22,590 bases of DNA. Origin: an uncultured delta proteobacterium. GTDB taxonomy: Bacteria; Desulfobacterota; Binatia; Bin18. The notes beneath the pieces were generated by a model. The model saw nothing but the letters and a program-made list of their open reading frames with translations, had not been told where the DNA came from and did no database searches. This document shows positions 17,286 through 22,590 of this stretch, piece after piece. Made by a program: the position numbers and the translations under genes. Positions within the stretch are counted from its first letter, which is position 1. Each line of letters starts with the position of its first letter. Location: the NCBI GenBank assembly GCA_963733195.1, contig CAVTCR010000085.1, positions 1-22,590 on the forward strand. The letters run 5' to 3'.

Positions 17286-18071
17286 TCAGGAAAACTTCGG
17301 CGCCCGTTTCTCCAGAAACGCGCGCATTCCTTCGCGTGCATCGTCAGAAAGAAATACCGCTTCCTGGGCGTGCTCTTCATATTTTAAGGCATCAGACAAT
17401 GTTCCGGTCGCACCGACATACGTAGCCCGCTTAATGTGTGCCAACGTACTCGCTGGACCGCTCGCAAGTTGTCGCGCGAACGCCATAACTTCATCACGAA
17501 ACGTCTCATCAGGGCAAACACGATTGAGAATCCCGATCCGTAACGCTTCGGCGGCGTCAACACGGTCCCCACTCATCATCAGTTCCATTGCTTTGGCAGT
17601 GCCGACTAGTTGCGTGAGCAAATAGGTCCCGCCCCAATCCGGCACTAAGGCGATCTTCACAAAGCTTTCAGAAAAGCGAGCGCTCTGAGCAGCGAAACGC
17701 ATGTCACAGGCCAATGCCAGATTGACCCCCGCTCCCGCGGCGGCACCGTTCACCGCAGCAATGACTGGCTTTGTCATCGAGCGAATCAGATTCACTACCT
17801 GTGCGCCAATCTTCATTCGTTGCGGGATGATAGAAGCATCATTTTTGGCCTGCATTTCAGCCATGCTCGCGATATCGCCACCAGCACAGAACGCTTTGCC
17901 CGCACCGGTAATGACAATACAACGAACCTTTTTATCTGCTTCTGCTTGCTGCAACATTTGCAGCAAATCTTCGCGCATCGTGCCGCCGAAGGCGTTCATG
18001 ACTTCGGGACGGTTGAGTGTCACAACAGCAACACGATCCGTGATTTCATAGAGAATGTGAGTAGGACTCAT
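17286..18071 (-). CDS. Enoyl-CoA hydratase/isomerase family (PaaG-like)
   Basis: TLNRPE.MNA, GAGKAFCAGGD, KPVIAAVNGAAAGAG.NLALACD.R, LVPDWGGT, EG..AFLEKR.P.F. Confidence 0.93.
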   Translation of the reverse strand: MSPTHILYEITDRVAVVTLNRPEVMNAFGGTMREDLLQMLQQAEADKKVRCIVITGAGKAFCAGGDIASMAEMQAKNDASIIPQRMKIGAQVVNLIRSMTKPVIAAVNGAAAGAGVNLALACDMRFAAQSARFSESFVKIALVPDWGGTYLLTQLVGTAKAMELMMSGDRVDAAEALRIGILNRVCPDETFRDEVMAFARQLASGPASTLAHIKRATYVGATGTLSDALKYEEHAQEAVFLSDDAREGMRAFLEKRAPKFS

Positions 18072-18090
18072 ACTTCCTCGCGGGTATGGT

Positions 18091-18124
18091 TCCCTCTCCC
18101 AGAGGAAGAGGGGCAGGGTGAGAG
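18091..18124. repeat. REP-like intergenic palindrome
   Basis: TCCCTCTCCCAGAGGAAGAGGGGCAGGGTGAG: CCCTCT..AGAGGG stem followed by AGGGTGAG, a widespread REP-type pattern. Single copy in the window. Confidence 0.55.
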
Positions 18125-18144
18125 AAAGACGTAACAGAACCTAC

Positions 18145-18753
18145 CTACGCCTTCGCACTTGCTCGTGCCGATACTTCCGCATGCCAGCGGGCAAGGTTGG
18201 CCTGGTCTGGCTGAATCGCAATTTTCGACACACGACCAAAATCAATTGCGCACAGCGCCGTGATGTCCGCAATCGTATAGCGGTCACCGGCAATGAATTT
18301 GCGATTCGCGAGTTCATCGTTTAATCGTGCTAGTCGTTCTTCAGCGTCTTTCTTCTGCGCTTCGGCAAACTCTGGTGTCTGGCGAATTTTTCCTTTGAAG
18401 AACTCGTGTCGTTGACGAAAGGCATTAGCGATAGGAATCAGCAGTTCAAGTTCCATACGTCGCTGCCACATCTCAACGATCGCACGGTCTTTCGCATCGA
18501 CGCCCATCAACGGTGGATTGGGATGCAACTCTTCAAGGTAACGGCAGATCGCAACCGTCTCAGAAATGCAGGTTCCGTCGTCGAGTTCTAGGACCGGAAC
18601 AGTTCCCGAAGGATTTTTCTTGCGAAACTCTTCTCCACGATTGATGGCTTTGACAAGATCGACTTCTTCGTAGGGAATCTGAATCCCTTTTTCGGCCACA
18701 AAGACACGAACGCGACGCGGATTCGGCGCAGTCTTGCTGTCGTAAATTTTCAT
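18145..18753 (-). CDS. Glutathione S-transferase family protein
   Basis: APNPRRVR.F.AEKG, NP.GTVPVLELDDG..ISET.AICRYLE, F.AGDR.TIADI; AAGGAGG RBS before the ATG at 18753. Confidence 0.93.
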   Translation of the reverse strand: MKIYDSKTAPNPRRVRVFVAEKGIQIPYEEVDLVKAINRGEEFRKKNPSGTVPVLELDDGTCISETVAICRYLEELHPNPPLMGVDAKDRAIVEMWQRRMELELLIPIANAFRQRHEFFKGKIRQTPEFAEAQKKDAEERLARLNDELANRKFIAGDRYTIADITALCAIDFGRVSKIAIQPDQANLARWHAEVSARASAKA

Positions 18754-18912
18754 AGAGCCCTCCTTAGTGTGTACGATCGACAGCACTTTACGATGGACAA
18801 CCACATGGAGCTAGAGGAGTGATCATTTTCAGCCCTCTGTTCCATGCATGTGAAACAGCTACCTTATGATTTATTTTGTCGAGTCGTTCTTTACAGTTGA
18901 CCACCTTCGGTC

Positions 18913-20079
18913 TCACGCGAATCCCAGCTCCATCGCCGCTAACATCTCTAACACTTCGTCACGTTTGAGCGTATGGAGCGGCGCAGAGCGGAGATCACGG
19001 AAGTAGCGTTCCAACGGATTGCCTTTCAGATAACCTTGCCCGCCAGCAATACGAGTTGCCAGATTTGCGACTTCGAGCATGTTCTCTGCCACAAATGTTC
19101 TCAACATTTCGATCGTTGGCACTTGACGTTCACCGTAGGGACGTTTCTCGGATATCTCCCGCGCGATCGTATAGAGCATCGTACGGCAGGCTTCGAGCCG
19201 ATTGTACATCTCCCCTATAGCGAACCGGTTCCATGGTAGATGCCCAACAAGTTGCCCACTCTTCCCCTTCTGCACTTTCCGTGTGCGTGCATAGTCTAGC
19301 ACGTAGTTGTACATCGCTTGGCCAATGCCAAGATAGACGGCAGAAAACGAGAGACAGTACCAATGGGCAACTTGGCTGAATTCCTCGAAGAGGTGCCCTT
19401 CTTCGCCGATCAGTTGGTCAGGTGTTGCAAAGACATCACGGATCATAATGGTATGACTGCCAGTGGCACGCATACCCATGGCATCCCAGGTTTCGATAAC
19501 CTCAAGCCCCGGCGTGTCACGCGACAGGAGAAACGCACAACCGCCGGAAGCTGATCCACTGTAACCTTCGAGGGACGTGCTAATACCGAAGTAATCGACA
19601 ACCGGAACAAGCGTGGAAAACACTTTCTGCCCGTTGAGAATATAACCACCTGAGACTTTTCTCGCCATAGTCTGTGGGGAGAGAATCGAACGGGCACCAC
19701 CACCTTCGGTATAGAATCCATTCACCAACATCTGCTTACGCCCGACATTGCCAAGGTACAACTCTTTCTGTGCTGCAGTCATGAACGGCGTATAGAATCC
19801 GACCGTATTGCAGTGCATGTTGATAGCAAATGCAGTGGCTGAGCACCCCTGTGCTAGTTGCTCTTGAGCGAGGACGAATGTTAATGGTGACGCTCCCCAC
19901 CCACCGTATTCTTTTGGAGTCGTCATCGTGGTGTAACCCACCTCCTTGAGGCGAGCAATGTTCTCAAAGGGAAAGCTGCCTTCGCGGTCGTGCTGTTCAG
20001 CCCGTGGGGCAAATTCTTTCGCAAGTTCTTTGGCAATTCCTATGATACGTTCTTGTTCTGAAGTTAGGTCAAGAAACAT
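18913..20079 (-). CDS. Acyl-CoA dehydrogenase-fold flavoprotein
   Basis: FAPRA..HDREG.FP.EN, P.EYGG.G, LNG.K.FST, WDAMGMRATGSH, PLERYFRD.R; GGAGG RBS before the ATG at 20079. Confidence 0.9.
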   Translation of the reverse strand: MFLDLTSEQERIIGIAKELAKEFAPRAEQHDREGSFPFENIARLKEVGYTTMTTPKEYGGWGASPLTFVLAQEQLAQGCSATAFAINMHCNTVGFYTPFMTAAQKELYLGNVGRKQMLVNGFYTEGGGARSILSPQTMARKVSGGYILNGQKVFSTLVPVVDYFGISTSLEGYSGSASGGCAFLLSRDTPGLEVIETWDAMGMRATGSHTIMIRDVFATPDQLIGEEGHLFEEFSQVAHWYCLSFSAVYLGIGQAMYNYVLDYARTRKVQKGKSGQLVGHLPWNRFAIGEMYNRLEACRTMLYTIAREISEKRPYGERQVPTIEMLRTFVAENMLEVANLATRIAGGQGYLKGNPLERYFRDLRSAPLHTLKRDEVLEMLAAMELGFA

Positions 20080-20095
20080 GGGAACCTCCGGACGC

Positions 20096-20201
20096 AAAAC
20101 ACGAGGCGACACAAGAATACAGAATGAAAAAGAGTTTCCTTCCCCCTAATCCTTGCCTCTACTCTATCTCTTATATTCTGCGTTCTTGCCTCACCACGTT
20201 T
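20096..20201. repeat. Imperfect intergenic inverted repeat
   Basis: aaaac..gagg...caagaatacagaat...aagag pairs loosely with ctctt.tattctgcgttcttgcctc....gtttt between the ECH and ACAD genes. Confidence 0.5.
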
Positions 20202-20216
20202 TCCATTTTAGTAAGC

Positions 20217-20995
20217 CTATTTCCCCCGAAACCTCGGTTTACGCTTTTCTATAAACGCCTGTACGCCCTCACGGAAATCTTCACTCATATACGCCATAAC
20301 GGTCAGGTCGTCGCCATCAACCGCACGGCGATGTGCCTGTAATCGACGAATTGCTTCTTTCGTCACTCTCAGCGTTATCGGTGCGTGGGTCGCGATTTCC
20401 TGAGCGACTGCTGAGACATGCTCGAACAAACGATCTGCAGGAACAATTTCATTGATGAGACCGAGTTGGTGAGCATCGCTTGCCGACAGTAGTCGCGCAC
20501 GAAACAACAACTCTTTTGTCCGTGCCGGTCCAACCATATCTATGAGTCGGGCATAGTTCGCAATCGACAAACAATTCCCTAATGTTCGTGCAATCGGCAC
20601 CCCAATTTGACTGTCTGGCGTGCAGTAGCGTAGGTCACAAGTCAAAGCAATCACTGCGCCCGCGCCCGCGGCAGGACCAGTAATCGCAGCAATCGTTGGT
20701 TTAGTCACTTGCTCAAGGCGGCCAATGACTTCATCCAACCGCCGCTCATAGTCCAGTGCGTCTTCTTCTGTACGGAAATTCTGAAACTGGCTGATGTCAG
20801 TGCCAGCAACAAACGCCTTGCCTCCTGCTCCACGGAAGATAACGGCACGGATCGTTTCATCACGATCAACCTCCTCACATACTTCCATCAAGCCATCATA
20901 CATCGCCCAGGTAATTGCGTTCCGTGCTTCAGGACGATTGAAAGTCACTATGGCAATGCGCCATCCCGTTCAAAGAGGAGTTCGGACGTACTCAT
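20217..20995 (-). CDS. Enoyl-CoA hydratase/isomerase family (1-nt frameshift near 20960)
   Basis: ATG at 20995 after AGGAG gives MSTSELLFERDG, then one base is missing before IAIVTFNRPEARNA. Motifs GAGGKAFVAGTDI, PIARTLGNCLS, SEDFREGV.AF.EKR. The span is 779 nt, one short of a multiple of 3. Confidence 0.9.
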
Positions 20996-21104
20996 AGGTG
21001 CTCCTTCCTGCTTCTTCGGTCCCTCTGAACTCATATGAACTTGATTTCATTTCTTCTGTCATATGGTATGGGTTTTCACCAGCAGAGTGTAAAGGAGACT
21101 CATC

Positions 21105-21707
21105 ATGGGACGACTACGACAAATATCAAAAGCCGAAGCTCCACCGGAAGTGTTGGAAGTTTATCGTCAGTTCTTCGGGGACCGAGACCCCGTGGCTGAA
21201 CCAGGGACGGCGACCGGAACTCCCGGTGACTATTGGACGACGTTTGCTCTGGTTCCGGACCTCTTCTTGATGGCAAGGAATTCACTCATGGGGCTGTTAC
21301 AACCGGGCCGTAAGCTCGATCCTCAACTGCGCGAGCTCGCGATTTTACGCACCGGCATCGTCGGCGATTCCAAATTTGAATACTCGCAGCATATGAAAGT
21401 GGCCCGCACGGTCGGGTTATCCGAAGAAAAACTTGCTGCGATCAAGGGATGGACAACGAGTGATCTCTTCCCGCCAATCGAGCGTGCAGTGATGGCTGCG
21501 GGCGATGAGATTCTCTCACTTAATCGGGTTGAAGATGAAACCTTTGCTGCGTTCAAACAACACCTATCCGACCCCGAGATTCTCGAACTGTTCGTCGTCA
21601 TGGGACTGTGGCGGATGCATGGGTTGATTGTTCGTGCCTTACACCTTGAGTACGATAACGATACGACTTCCCGTCTCACAGAAGTTCCGGCTCCAGAAGC
21701 AAAATAA
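21105..21707 (+). CDS. Carboxymuconolactone decarboxylase / AhpD-like family protein
   Basis: LDP.LRELAILR......S.FEY.QH...A...GLSEEK, ERAV....DE, E.LEL; no CxxC; AAGGAG RBS. Confidence 0.85.
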   Translation: MGRLRQISKAEAPPEVLEVYRQFFGDRDPVAEPGTATGTPGDYWTTFALVPDLFLMARNSLMGLLQPGRKLDPQLRELAILRTGIVGDSKFEYSQHMKVARTVGLSEEKLAAIKGWTTSDLFPPIERAVMAAGDEILSLNRVEDETFAAFKQHLSDPEILELFVVMGLWRMHGLIVRALHLEYDNDTTSRLTEVPAPEAK

Positions 21708-21730
21708 TCGCCGAGGAAGGATGTAAAATC

Positions 21731-22590
21731 ATGAAAGAGTTCAAAGATCGTGTCGTCGTTGTTACCGGTGCCGCCAGTGGCATTGGTCGCGCGATGGCCG
21801 AACGGTTTGCTACGGCAGGGATGAAAATCGTACTTGCTGATGTTGAAGAGAACGCACTCAAAAAGACTGAGAGAGAAATGCGCGCCCAAGGCGCATCGAC
21901 ACTCGCCGTCGTAACGGACGTGTCACAAGCGACGCAAATCGATGTGCTCGCACGTAAAACGCTCGATACTTTCGGTGCCGTCCACATCGTCTGCAACAAC
22001 GCCGGGGTCGGTGGCGATATGGGTACAACGTGGGACCAGGCCTTAGAGAACTGGCAGTGGGTGATCGGCGTCAACCTGTGGGGTGTTATTCACGGTATAC
22101 GGACGTTCGTCCCAATCATGCTGCAACAAGGCACTGAAGGACACGTCGTCAACACTGCGTCGATGGCTGGCCACCTGTCTGCTCCTTTCATGTCGGTCTA
22201 TGACGTCACCAAGTTTGCGGTCGTGACAATGTCCGAATCGTTCCATCTAGAACTGCTGATGCAATCTTCTCCGATAAAGGTTTCCGTTTTGTGTCCCGGA
22301 TTTGTCAAAACCAACATCATTGATTCCGCACGTAACCGTCCAGCGCATCTGGTCACACCAGAGAAGCCGATACCGGAATCTCACCAAGCGTTTATCGAGA
22401 TGGCCAGATGATGATTAACGCCGGTATGCCGCCGTCGGAAGTCGCCGAGAAAGTCTTTCAGGCAATTGTGAATGAACAATTCTATATTTTCCCTCACCCC
22501 GAGTTTCTACAGTTTGTTCGCTCACGGATGGAGAATATCCTCGCCGGAACCGATCCGACGTTTAATCCGCCCCCGATGCCGGGAATGCAG
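21731..22590 (+). CDS. Short-chain dehydrogenase/reductase (1-nt frameshift near 22406; runs off the window end)
   Basis: TGAASGIG, NNAGV, VNTAS.AG, Y.VTK catalytic motif, LCPGFV.T. After the apparent stop at 22411, another frame continues MMINAGMPPSEVAEKVFQAIVNEQFYIFPHPEFLQFVRSRMENIL, the typical SDR tail. Confidence 0.9.

Noticed and set aside
21026-21070. Operator or promoter in the divergent ECH/CMD gap (TCATATG x2, TTGATT...TATGGT)
   Set aside because: The motifs are short, the -35/-10 spacing is only 15 bp, and no cognate regulator is identifiable.

Overview
The window has two halves. The left ~11.3 kb is a mobile, rearranged accessory region. It holds the 3' part of a large serine recombinase element whose end abuts a decapitated HNH endonuclease gene. 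Next is a reverse-strand toxin-complex B-C fusion gene (TcdB midC + YD/RHS core + variable C-terminal cargo) that is 5'-truncated, carries many frameshifts and is split by an intact IS1380-family element (17-bp perfect IRs, GACGTA duplication). Debris follows: an internally deleted AAA-ATPase/TPR regulator, an IS110/IS1111 5' stub and a truncated IS5-family element. The right ~11.3 kb is ordinary metabolic and envelope genes: PAP2 phosphatase, ferritin-like DUF6306-type protein, SnoaL/NTF2, Lrp/AsnC C-domain, ChrR-like cupin, DUF1329, RlmI-like methyltransferase, two enoyl-CoA hydratases, GST, an acyl-CoA dehydrogenase-fold enzyme, a CMD/AhpD-like protein and an SDR. Single-base frameshifts in two ordinary genes suggest uncorrected sequencing indels, so 'pseudogene' calls based on frameshifts alone are provisional. 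The best novelty candidate is the ~310-aa Rhs/TcC cargo with a degenerate HNH/GHH-like motif and a hydrophobic tail. The gene content and heptamer repeats resemble Candidatus Binatia-type genomes (inference only). I saw no rRNA, tRNA or CRISPR array. All family assignments come from motif recognition by eye, not database searches.
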